Shown here piece by piece: positions 40,064-48,444 of a DNA stretch of 53,541 bases (its first letter is position 1; each line of letters begins with the position of its first letter). The position numbers were made by a program, and so were the translations under genes. The stretch lies in contig JASJGK010000145.1 in assembly GCA_033791585.1 (NCBI GenBank), positions 1-53,541 on the forward strand. Reading direction: 5' to 3'. Origin of the DNA: SAR324 cluster bacterium. Its GTDB lineage: Bacteria; SAR324; XYD2-FULL-50-16. The notes under the pieces were generated by a model. The model had not been told where the DNA came from, ran no database searches, and worked only from the letters and a program-made list of their open reading frames with translations.

Positions 40064-41611
40064 TTAACTGTTAGGAATATGTTGTGGAGCCATCACGAAG
40101 ATATGCTCATAAATATAAAGACCAACTAGAGCGAGCAATGCGCCAAGTGAAGGTTGCTTCAAGCCGATTAAAACGATGGGTAGAATATTACCAGCCAAGA
40201 TTGCACCACCCCAAAATAAATTCTTATATTTACCGTGGGTGATAGAATGAGCAGCAGCTTTCGCAGTGTCAGAAGCGTGATTCACGCCGAACTCACCAAG
40301 TAAAATCATCAGTAAATTGATCACAATCGCTATACTAAATCCGTGAAAAGCCATCTGTACAAAGTCAGGCTCGATTGGGGTAAATTCACCTAAAATCACC
40401 ACAAATGCACTTCCTGCCATCATAGCTTGAGTGAAGAAATGAAAAGGTAACAATGGGCTTTGCCAGAAGTCTCTACCCTCTGCCTGAGCAAAGAGATAAG
40501 CTGTGTAGATAGCAGCACCAATTGCAAGGGGGAAACCACCTAAGAAGGCAACTTCTCTGATAAGACCTAAATCCATGTCGATTAATCCTAGCAACACCGC
40601 AGTTTCAGCGGCCCACCAAGCACCTGTTAAGGTACTAAAGGAAATGAGGATGTAAGCACCACGAACCAGCCAAGATTTCCATTGTGGCTGGAATACAACC
40701 CTTAAAAATCTTTCAGGTTTCTCTAAATCCCAAACTAAAAAGACGGTTGTGAGTAGTGTAAAAGCAACAACGGCACCGCCAGCAATTACATTTGTCATTG
40801 AGTCAAGGTTAGCCATTCCGTAAATGAAGGCCATAGCCATCAACATAAAGATACCTGTGGCAATGCCCTTGGTAACTAAATAGGCTGGTACTTGCCAATG
40901 CCATGGTATGCTGTGTCTCGTGTTATAAGTTGTTTGGCACATTTGAGAACCGTCACCCATGTATAGAGTGGGGTTTTCATCGACATGTTGGTCCATGTTA
41001 GTTTCGCTTACATCAGACCATAAAAATTGTTTTGATGTACTCATGGTAACAGTTGGTGTCAAAGCAGCTTGGTGACCATCAATGTAAAATACCTTAGGTG
41101 ATGTACCCTGTTCTGGTTTTCTTACAGTCACGTTATTAGCGGCGATTGTTGTGGATATTTCTGAAGTTGGGTCGTCGATATCACCAGCAATAATTGCATG
41201 GGTAGGACAAATAACCGCACAAGCAGGCTCCATTCCACGGTCAACGCGGTGGGCACAATAGTGACACTTCTGAGCGGTTCCCGTTTCAGGGTCGATATAG
41301 ATAGAGTTATAAGGGCAGGCCTGCATACAGGACTTACAACCAATACATTGGTCAGAATTATAACCAACGATACCATCATCTCTTTGGGTCATTGCTGAAA
41401 CGGGGCAGATTTCAACACAAGGTGGGTTTGCACACTGATTACAGCGATTCACTTGGAAGTTTCTTCTCACATTGGGGAAATTTCCTACTTCCGTATATTT
41501 TACCCAAGTACGAAAGACCCCTAAAGGGACTTGGTTTTCACTTTTGCATGCAGTTGAGCAAGCATGACAACCAATACACTTTCGGTTGTCAATGACAAAG
41601 CCGTAATTCAT
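40064..41611 (-). CDS. Fusion of a four-cluster FeS subunit (SoeB/PsrB-like) with an NrfD-type membrane anchor (SoeC/PsrC-like)
   Basis: Residues 1-~200 carry CIGCHACSTAC, CNQCANPPCVEICP, CIGCKSCMQACP, CHYC...CAVICP. Residues ~235-515 are about 8 TM, NrfD-like. No signal peptide. 6 bp upstream of the Mo subunit gene. Confidence 0.7.
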   Translation of the reverse strand: MNYGFVIDNRKCIGCHACSTACKSENQVPLGVFRTWVKYTEVGNFPNVRRNFQVNRCNQCANPPCVEICPVSAMTQRDDGIVGYNSDQCIGCKSCMQACPYNSIYIDPETGTAQKCHYCAHRVDRGMEPACAVICPTHAIIAGDIDDPTSEISTTIAANNVTVRKPEQGTSPKVFYIDGHQAALTPTVTMSTSKQFLWSDVSETNMDQHVDENPTLYMGDGSQMCQTTYNTRHSIPWHWQVPAYLVTKGIATGIFMLMAMAFIYGMANLDSMTNVIAGGAVVAFTLLTTVFLVWDLEKPERFLRVVFQPQWKSWLVRGAYILISFSTLTGAWWAAETAVLLGLIDMDLGLIREVAFLGGFPLAIGAAIYTAYLFAQAEGRDFWQSPLLPFHFFTQAMMAGSAFVVILGEFTPIEPDFVQMAFHGFSIAIVINLLMILLGEFGVNHASDTAKAAAHSITHGKYKNLFWGGAILAGNILPIVLIGLKQPSLGALLALVGLYIYEHIFVMAPQHIPNS

Positions 41612-41747
41612 TGTTTCCTCTTATTTATCCCAAAGGATTTAGATTCTTTAAAGCTTGGAAAAGCTTTAAGGTTGTTTTAAAATCTTTAAATTTGTTTGAT
41701 TTTCTGCCGACTTTAAGTAAAAGAAGGCAGAAAGTTTCGGCGGTGGT

Positions 41748-41984
41748 CTATTTGCTCTGAATCCAATAAGTGAAAATTTCACCATCATCTTCAGATTTTA
41801 AAATAGGGTTTCCTGTTCGTTCAGACCAACTAGGCATATCCTTGATAGAACCCTTGTCGGTACAAACCATTCTTAGGACTTGACCCGTGGTTAATCCATC
41901 AACAGCTTTTTTAGTTTTCAAAACAGGTAGTGGGCAGCTAAGACCTTTGCAGTCTAGCTCTAGATCTACTTTAATATCATTCAT
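41748..41984 (-). CDS. tusA: TusA-family sulfur carrier
   Basis: 78 aa with DCKGLSCPLPVLKTKKA (the CPxP active-site motif). Confidence 0.85.
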   Translation of the reverse strand: MNDIKVDLELDCKGLSCPLPVLKTKKAVDGLTTGQVLRMVCTDKGSIKDMPSWSERTGNPILKSEDDGEIFTYWIQSK

Positions 41985-42008
41985 GTTCAGTTCCTTTAAT
42001 GTTAAATT

Positions 42009-42518
42009 TTAGGTAAAAAGTTGAATATCTGAATCAGCAGCGAAATCTAAAAAGTTCGCAGCACCAGCATAGTTGACTCCTTCAACAAAGTCTTCCTTTT
42101 CATAACCAAAAACGTCCATGGTCATGGTACAGGCGATCATTTCGACTCCGATATCTATACAAAGGTCACGTAATTCTGGTACAGAAGCTACACCTTTGTT
42201 CTTAAAAGTTTTCTTCATCAAGCTAGTTGAGAAAGACTCAAATCCTGGTACGTTACCCATCAAAGCATTAGGTATAGGCCAGTTGATGTTTTGAAACCAC
42301 TTTGGCCCAAAAGGCATCTTCATAGGCATAGCTGGGTTAGCTTGTGGGGCAATTATTCCTTCATAGTCTGTTCTTAAAACATCAAGACCGTAAAAGGTAT
42401 AAAAAATCTTTACTTCCATATCCATGGCTGCGGCGGCACTACCTAATATTAAAGGTGGGTAAGCCCAATCCAAGGTTCCTTGTGTTGCAATTAAAGCAAC
42501 TTTTTTTTGTCCAGACAT
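42009..42518 (-). CDS. DsrE-family sulfurtransferase (DsrE3/COG2210-like)
   Basis: 169 aa. The N-terminal VALIATQGTLDWAYPPLILG and MIACTMTMDVFG Cys motifs are typical of the soluble DsrE3-type proteins that pair with TusA. Confidence 0.65.
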   Translation of the reverse strand: MSGQKKVALIATQGTLDWAYPPLILGSAAAAMDMEVKIFYTFYGLDVLRTDYEGIIAPQANPAMPMKMPFGPKWFQNINWPIPNALMGNVPGFESFSTSLMKKTFKNKGVASVPELRDLCIDIGVEMIACTMTMDVFGYEKEDFVEGVNYAGAANFLDFAADSDIQLFT

Positions 42519-42552
42519 CGTTTCTCCCTAAAAAAACGGTTAAGTAACTAAT

Positions 42553-42846
42553 TTAAAGCCAAGAATTGACTTGATGCTTTTCTGCAAGTTCAACAAAACC
42601 AGCATAGTCGATAACTTTGACTTGATCACAAAGAACACTAATGCCCCTTGCCTTTAAGTCTGAACTTAAAGCGTAAAAGTCATTGGTTGCGGAGTGTTGA
42701 GCTAATTGACCTGAAACTTTACTTGAACATTGCGCAGCATATACACCATCTTCAATAAGTAAAATTGGGTCGCCTTCTTGTGCAAACTTAAGACAAGTGT
42801 CGAAGCTGTCTGCTGAAAAAGGGCTTTTATTAATTGTGTGTAACAT
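42553..42846 (-). CDS. dsrH: DsrH
   Basis: 97 aa. MLHTINKSPF start typical of DsrH/TusB, with a Cys at position 18 (DsrH-type). Third gene of the E-F-H order. Confidence 0.75.
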   Translation of the reverse strand: MLHTINKSPFSADSFDTCLKFAQEGDPILLIEDGVYAAQCSSKVSGQLAQHSATNDFYALSSDLKARGISVLCDQVKVIDYAGFVELAEKHQVNSWL

Positions 42847-42860
42847 ATTGGACCTTCCGA

Positions 42861-43229
42861 TTAATGATGAATTAGAACATCTTGCACAGCCATCAGCTTG
42901 CCAATGGCATCAGCTTCAAGAACCTGAACAGGAATAAAAAGATCTTCGACTTTTAGCCCACGATCTTCTAATGATTGCCTATCAACATAGATGTCTTCTA
43001 CGTCATAATCTTCTAAAACTCCAAGAGTTTTCATAAAGCCTTTGATCTGCAGCTCAGTTGTATCTTGGTCTTTCTTTAGAGAAAATATACCATCACCAAT
43101 AAAGGCCATGCTTATTTCTTGGTCATATGCGGCCATGATTAGAACCATTTCTAAACCTTCGTAGGTGTAGATTGTGCCGTGAGGTGCGGTTCTAACAATG
43201 TGCATCATTTTTTTTACGTTGTCATCCAT
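42861..43229 (-). CDS. dsrF: DsrF
   Basis: 122 aa with a DsrE/F fold and no active-site Cys, lying between dsrE and dsrH. Confidence 0.75.
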   Translation of the reverse strand: MDDNVKKMMHIVRTAPHGTIYTYEGLEMVLIMAAYDQEISMAFIGDGIFSLKKDQDTTELQIKGFMKTLGVLEDYDVEDIYVDRQSLEDRGLKVEDLFIPVQVLEADAIGKLMAVQDVLIHH

Positions 43230-43234
43230 CTACT

Positions 43235-43591
43235 TTAAGCTCCAAATGTAACTAAGCGGTCAACATCAATAGCGATATCGGTCAATTCACCGAGACCTGT
43301 GATTTCAGAGTGATCAGTCAAAAGACTATCTTCGATCCCTCTACGCTTACTTGCAGCGATGCAAGATAGGATTCTAACGCCTTTAGCGCCTAATTCAGAC
43401 CAACGGTTAGCTATATGCCTGTCGTCTTGAGGTGGGTCCATGAGTTTAGTGACGTTAATGACCCCGTCATTGTATAAAAATACAGAAGTTAAGGTGTGGC
43501 CTTTTTCCATCACTGCTTTCGCAAAGTGATACGCTGTGTCAGCTGCTTCGTGGTTATAAGGTCCTTCTTTTAATAAAATTGCAAATTTCAT
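43235..43591 (-). CDS. dsrE: DsrE
   Basis: 118 aa. MKFAILLKEGPY start, and an active-site Cys in ILSCIAASKRRG at the expected position (~Cys78). Confidence 0.8.
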   Translation of the reverse strand: MKFAILLKEGPYNHEAADTAYHFAKAVMEKGHTLTSVFLYNDGVINVTKLMDPPQDDRHIANRWSELGAKGVRILSCIAASKRRGIEDSLLTDHSEITGLGELTDIAIDVDRLVTFGA

Positions 43592-43653
43592 TGCCCCTTT
43601 TATAATATGAAGTTAAAAGAATATATAGATATGCTAAAAAACATATATGGTGG

Positions 43654-43682
43654 ATAATTGCACTTTGAACCGAGCGATGTCA
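43654..43682 (-). promoter_or_regulatory. Candidate sigma70 promoter for the dsrEFH-tusA-soe operon (TTGACA-N17-AATTAT on the minus strand)
   Basis: -35 is the reverse complement of 43677-43682 and -10 is the reverse complement of 43654-43659. About 60 nt upstream of the dsrE ATG. Confidence 0.35.
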
Positions 43683-43778
43683 AACCTTTTTATGTTGTTT
43701 TTTTACCATGTTAGGATTATTTTATAAGTCCTTGATAAAAAGGAACTTAAATATGCATATATATTACTATAATTTACT

Positions 43779-44054
43779 ATGAAAGAAAAGTTAAAAGCTT
43801 GGTTTGTCGAAAATGAAGACAGACTTGAAGAGTTAAAAGACTCAGACGCAGCCGCTCAATTCGGGCAAATTGAATTAGCAGAGTTTAAAAAACTCAAGGC
43901 CGAAATCATTATTGAAATGGTGATGGAAAATGTAACAGATATGCCAGATTTGAATTTTCACGCCCAGAAAAACCTATTTCCCTACCCTAGCTCCGAGCAA
44001 TTGCAGACAGCGAGGGAAAGGTTGGGTTTAGGTCGTGCTAAAATGAAGCACTAA
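43779..44054 (+). CDS. Hypothetical protein (91 aa), divergent from dsrE
   Basis: ORF with a charged helical composition. No family recognised. Confidence 0.4.
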   Translation: MKEKLKAWFVENEDRLEELKDSDAAAQFGQIELAEFKKLKAEIIIEMVMENVTDMPDLNFHAQKNLFPYPSSEQLQTARERLGLGRAKMKH

Positions 44055-44060
44055 CTACCT

Positions 44061-44344
44061 TAAAATATTTCGGTAGCCTTGCGGCACTAAATGCGCCTTT
44101 AGTGGCGTAAGCCTAACAACATATTTTAGAGAAAGCGCCCCAGGCAATCGAAGGTTAGAGAGACTTCTAAAGCAAGGTCAGCCTTTAGTAATATTGCTAG
44201 ACGCTTCAATGGCGACGCCTATCCTTAGCTTTAGGTTTTTCCTAAGACTGGGCTACTTATTTTGAGTATCCTTTCTTCTCCTTCTTAGTTAGTGGAAGCC
44301 TGCGGCGCTTCTCTAAAATATTTCGGTAGCCTGACGGCACTAAA
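44061..44344. repeat. Composite repeat structure: 31-bp direct repeat plus 18/19-nt inverted repeat
   Basis: Direct repeat: TAAAATATTTCGGTAGCCTTGCGGCACTAAA (44061-44091) versus TAAAATATTTCGGTAGCCTGACGGCACTAAA (44314-44344). Inverted repeat: ATATTTTAGAGAAAGCGCC (44121-44139) versus GGCGCTTCTCTAAAATAT (44304-44321). AGCCT(T)G(C/A)CGGC(A/G)C occurs three times. Confidence 0.85.
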
Positions 44345-44546
44345 GGCTGTCTATCCCCAGGGCTTTTCTTTGGGAAAAACTTAGAGCATATATTAAGGTG
44401 AAAACTCCAATTACATTTCCTTACACTAAAAGATTCTTTTTTACAGTTAGGTTTGACGGTGGATAATCAATATGTATATATTGAAATATTAAAGAGATAA
44501 TTATTCAGCCGAAGATCAGAATTCTATTTTTCAAGAGGGAAAGCCT

Positions 44547-46265
44547 GTGGGATCATTTTTACCAAAAAATTATACTTTTAACAGTTTTCAAGCTGATCTC
44601 CTGTCAGGTATTACCGTCGGAATTATCGCACTTCCCTTGGCAATGGCCTTGGCTATCGCCAGCGGGGTTCCCCCTGAACACGGACTCTATACCTCTATCT
44701 TTGCAGGGATTGTTATTGCGCTTACAGGTGGCTCTAAATTTAATGTTTCAGGCCCCACAGCCGCTTTTGTTGTCGTTTTATTGCCCATTAGCCAAAAGTT
44801 TGGCTTAGCAGGGTTGCTGACGGCGACCTTAATTGCAGGTTTGATTCTCATTTTTTTAGGTGCCGCAAAACTAGGTGGTGTGATTCGCCTTATCCCTTAC
44901 CCTGTGATTATTGGCTTTACCAGCGGGATCGGAATTGTAATCGCTGGGCTTCAAATTAAAGATTTTTTAGGTATTGAAGGGATAAACCGAGGTGGGTTTG
45001 TCAGTACAATAACCCAAATTTCCTCCTCACTAGATAGAATAAATTGGCTTGATACCAGTGTAGGTGTCGTCACTCTAGCAGTGTTATTGCTCTTCCCAAA
45101 ATTAAAACTTAAAATTCCCTCACATTTAGTCGCTGTTTTAGTAGGAACTTTGTTTGCTTATTTCCTGGTCCCAATGGGCTTTGGGGAACACGTTAAAACA
45201 ATCGGAAGCGAATTTCATTATGTAATTGATGGGGTTTCTGGTAACGGGATACCCCCTGTCCTACCTAAATTTGCCTTACCGTGGAACTGGGTTGACCCTA
45301 GCGGGAAAACGTTGGTCTGGTCGGTGCAGCTTTTTAAAGAATTATTCATGGCTGGTTTTGCCATAGCAATGTTAGGGGCTATTGAGTCTTTGCTTTGTGC
45401 GGTTGTCGCCGATGGTATGACTGGAACAAAACATAATTCCAATAAAGAATTGATTGGGCAGGGATTAGGTAACCTAGTTGCTCCCTTTTTTGGAGGCATC
45501 CCCGCAACAGCGGCATTAGCCCGAACAGCGGCAAATATACGAGCAGGTGGAAATTCTTCGGTTTCTTCCATTGTTCATGGTGTCTTTTTGCTTTTGTCTT
45601 TGGTCTTTATTGGCAAATGGTTAGCCTTTATCCCTATGGCAACCTTGGCGGCATTACTTTTTATTGTTGCTTGGAATATGGCAGAGGTAAAACACTTTAT
45701 TCGGATTGTAAAAATTGCCCCTAGGAGCGACGTTGCCGTTTTGTTAGCTTGTGTCAGCCTTACGGTTTTGGTAGATATGGTTGCAGCTGTTACTGTGGGT
45801 ATCGTTTTAGCATCTGTCCTGTTTATTCGTAGAATGTTTGAACTGACAGGGAATCAATTATCCCAAGAATACCAACCCAATGAAACTGATTTTGAAGGTG
45901 CTGAAGGTGTAGTCGTTTATGAAATTAAAGGATCTTTGTTTTTTGGGGCTGCCCAAAAAGCAATCAGCACGCTAGGGGAGATTCAAAATAAATTTCATAC
46001 ATTAATTTTAGAACTAACCCGTGTTGAAATGATCGATATGACGGGTATTGTAGCCTTAGAATCTGTATTAGCAGACCTTAGAAAAGCTAAGATAAAAGTG
46101 ATCATTTGTGGGCCTAGCCCGCAAGTTAAAGAAAGGTTTGAAGCTGCAGGAATCGTCTCTAATGCAGGGACGCTCTGTATTGTTAGTTCGATAGAACATG
46201 GGCTTGATTTAGTTGAATCTAGATCATTAGAAGCCAGTTCAGTTGAATTAGAACCAAATACCTAA
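44547..46265 (+). CDS. SulP-family anion (sulfate) permease with C-terminal STAS domain
   Basis: GTG start with SD GAGGGA. Multi-TM SLC26/SulP core (AIESLLCAVVADG, IGQGLGNLVAPFFGGIPATAALARTA). STAS domain (VVYEIKGSLFFGAA). Confidence 0.9.
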   Translation: MGSFLPKNYTFNSFQADLLSGITVGIIALPLAMALAIASGVPPEHGLYTSIFAGIVIALTGGSKFNVSGPTAAFVVVLLPISQKFGLAGLLTATLIAGLILIFLGAAKLGGVIRLIPYPVIIGFTSGIGIVIAGLQIKDFLGIEGINRGGFVSTITQISSSLDRINWLDTSVGVVTLAVLLLFPKLKLKIPSHLVAVLVGTLFAYFLVPMGFGEHVKTIGSEFHYVIDGVSGNGIPPVLPKFALPWNWVDPSGKTLVWSVQLFKELFMAGFAIAMLGAIESLLCAVVADGMTGTKHNSNKELIGQGLGNLVAPFFGGIPATAALARTAANIRAGGNSSVSSIVHGVFLLLSLVFIGKWLAFIPMATLAALLFIVAWNMAEVKHFIRIVKIAPRSDVAVLLACVSLTVLVDMVAAVTVGIVLASVLFIRRMFELTGNQLSQEYQPNETDFEGAEGVVVYEIKGSLFFGAAQKAISTLGEIQNKFHTLILELTRVEMIDMTGIVALESVLADLRKAKIKVIICGPSPQVKERFEAAGIVSNAGTLCIVSSIEHGLDLVESRSLEASSVELEPNT

Positions 46266-46330
46266 TATAAATTTTTTATCCAGAAACTGGCTCTAGACCA
46301 GATTAATCCAAAAAAATTAAAACCTAACGA

Positions 46331-48064
46331 ATGAAGATGTTAAAAAAACTATTTCCCTTTCTAGCTTGGGGCCCTTTGATGGACAGACACACCATCGGCG
46401 CTGATTTTATTGCTGGTATCACCGTTGCTTTAGTGTTGATTCCACAATCTATGGCCTATGCCCAGTTGGCGGGGTTGCCCCCCATATACGGGCTTTATGC
46501 GGCCTTAATGCCTGGGTTAATAGGCGTGCTTTGGGGCTCATCTTACCATTTAGGCACAGGGCCTGTGGCCATGACTTCTCTACTGACTATGACGACGTTA
46601 TTGCCCTTTGCTAACGGAGACGTTAATTTTGTTGGTTCAGAAAGATATATTGGCTTGGCTATTTTGTTGGCCTTTATTGTCGGTGTCGTGCGGCTTTTAG
46701 TAGGGGTCTTTAAATTGACCTTCTTTATTAATTTTTTATCCCAACCCGTTGTTAGGGGGTTTATCAACGCTGGGGCATTGATCATTGCATCCTCGCAGGT
46801 AGGTAAAATTTTTGGCGTCAAAATGCACAAAAGCGATGTCTACATTGCCGATATTTGGGATTTATTGTTACGCCTCCCCTCTGAGATCCACTTACCCACC
46901 CTAATCATCGGTGGTACTTCGTTGGTGCTATTGTGGGGTTTGAAAAAGTATACACCTAAAATCCCCTCTGCTCTTGTGGTAGTGGCATTAGGCTCGCTTG
47001 CTGTCTGGTTTCTTAACCTTGCTGACCCTAGATTAATAAATGCCGATTTTGTTGGGTTTGTTGCTGCTGACCAGAAATTTGTGAATGTTATTGGGATTAT
47101 ACCTGCAGGCTTGCCTGCTTTTCAAGCACCCATGTTTGATTTTGCTTTAATTCTGCAAATTCTCCCTGGGGCTTTTGCTGTGATGTTCATTGGTTTTATG
47201 GAGGTGACTTCAGTCACAAAGGCCATATCACCCAAATCAAAACAAAAAGTAAATCTCGACCAAGAATTGATTGGCCAAGGCCTATCAGCCATTGCAGGGA
47301 GTTTTTCTAGTTGCTACCCAACCAGTGGTAGCTTTTCCAGAACAGCATTGAACTTTTCTTCTGGTGGTAAAACTGGTTTATCTGGGGTTTTTGTAGCTCT
47401 TTTTGTTTTACTTTCCCTGTTGTTTTTAACCCCTCTCTTGATCTTTTTACCAGATGCGGTTTTGGCGGCGATCATTATTATGGCGGTAATTGGGCTAATT
47501 GACTTTAAGGCCTTTAAGCAAGCTTGGCGAGTTCATGTTTATGACGGTATTAGTGGTATCGTTACCTTTTGTGCAGCCATACTCTTTGCTCCAAATATCG
47601 TGAATGGTATTGTAATTGGTGGCTTACTAGCTTTAGCGCTACATCTATTTCGTACTATGAGCCCAAGGGTAGTGATTAAAAGCGGATTGGAAAGTGATCT
47701 GGCCCTAGAAAATGACTCACAATACCCAAATAGTTCGGCTAAGTTCCCTACGATGGAATTTGAAGGAAGAATATACTTTGCCAATACACAGCATTTCGAA
47801 AATGCAGTTCTCACCATCTTAGACCGCTTTCCCAATACGGAAAAAGTAGTGGTTTTGGCTAATGGAATTGGTGGGATTGATGCTTCTGGTGATTTGGTTC
47901 TACGTGAGCTAATCGAAACCTTACGGGGTCTGGGCAAGGATTTTATTTTTATTGGAGTCCGACCACAGGTGCAAGAAATTTTAGTTCGAGCCGACCTTTG
48001 GGACCTAATTGGCGATGAAAATTTCTTTACTGATACAGGTGCTTTTCAAGCAACCTTAAAGTAG
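46331..48064 (+). CDS. Second SulP-family anion permease with STAS domain
   Basis: SulP core (QSMAYAQLAGLPPIYGLY, ELIGQGLSAIAGSFSSCYPTSGSFSRTA). C-terminal STAS (FEGRIYFANTQHF). A divergent paralogue of the preceding gene. Confidence 0.9.
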   Translation: MKMLKKLFPFLAWGPLMDRHTIGADFIAGITVALVLIPQSMAYAQLAGLPPIYGLYAALMPGLIGVLWGSSYHLGTGPVAMTSLLTMTTLLPFANGDVNFVGSERYIGLAILLAFIVGVVRLLVGVFKLTFFINFLSQPVVRGFINAGALIIASSQVGKIFGVKMHKSDVYIADIWDLLLRLPSEIHLPTLIIGGTSLVLLWGLKKYTPKIPSALVVVALGSLAVWFLNLADPRLINADFVGFVAADQKFVNVIGIIPAGLPAFQAPMFDFALILQILPGAFAVMFIGFMEVTSVTKAISPKSKQKVNLDQELIGQGLSAIAGSFSSCYPTSGSFSRTALNFSSGGKTGLSGVFVALFVLLSLLFLTPLLIFLPDAVLAAIIIMAVIGLIDFKAFKQAWRVHVYDGISGIVTFCAAILFAPNIVNGIVIGGLLALALHLFRTMSPRVVIKSGLESDLALENDSQYPNSSAKFPTMEFEGRIYFANTQHFENAVLTILDRFPNTEKVVVLANGIGGIDASGDLVLRELIETLRGLGKDFIFIGVRPQVQEILVRADLWDLIGDENFFTDTGAFQATLK

Positions 48065-48444
48065 CTCCAAGGCTCACTTGAGTCTTTGGTCAGGTTTAAT
48101 TGACTGGTTGAACGCTGGAGGGATTGTTGTTCTTCCGGCTATTCGGCCAAGGATATAAGCTCTTTAATTGGGCCTGAGGTGAATCAGGCAATGTAATCTA
48201 GTTGTTGATGATCGGTCACCCTAAGGACTCCGCTTTACCAATGTGAAATTGTTTCTCTGAAGCTTAAGGTTGAAAGATGTTGAATCTCCTTACCCCCTAA
48301 ACCCAGCCTTAATGCGTTTGTTTCAGTGCTTATCCAAGACTTTTTTGGTGGGAGGTGCATGAAGCTTGTGGCTTTTAAGGTTGTTTTTAAATTAAACTTC
48401 TAGGCAATGAGTCAACTTTGCCTAAGCTATTCCATTCTTCTTAT

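Noticed and set aside
42553-43591. Alternative reading of dsrEFH as tusDCB (tRNA 2-thiouridine relay) and of dsrC as tusE
   Set aside because: The DsrC homologue has both C-terminal cysteines and heads the dsrAB operon. The E/F/H genes are co-transcribed with a DsrE3-like gene, tusA and a Soe-like enzyme rather than with translation genes. I keep this as the explicit refutation test for the main finding.
43751-43760. Perfect 10-bp palindrome ATATGCATAT just upstream of the 91-aa ORF
   Set aside because: A short AT-rich palindrome is expected by chance in AT-rich intergenic DNA. I confirmed no second copy in the other sulfur-gene promoters.
43648-44466. GGTGGATAA (reverse complement TTATCCACC, DnaA-box-like) at 43648-43656 and 44458-44466, with weaker GGTGGATAG copies near 49883 and 8262
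   Set aside because: Only two 8/9 matches, about 800 bp apart. One further copy lies inside a coding region, so the 8-mer is not clearly enriched. There is no DnaA-box cluster, AT-rich unwinding element or dnaA/dnaN context, so this is insufficient for an origin or a regulon claim.
48065-48444. 380-bp spacer with no track ORF (none of 60 aa or longer) and relatively high GC between the second SulP gene and cysG
   Set aside because: Multiple stops in all frames. I could only find weak imperfect hairpins (for example 48070-48092 and TAGGCAA/TTGCCTA at 48403-48427). No RNA family or repeat that I can support from sequence alone, but it is worth an RNA-seq look.
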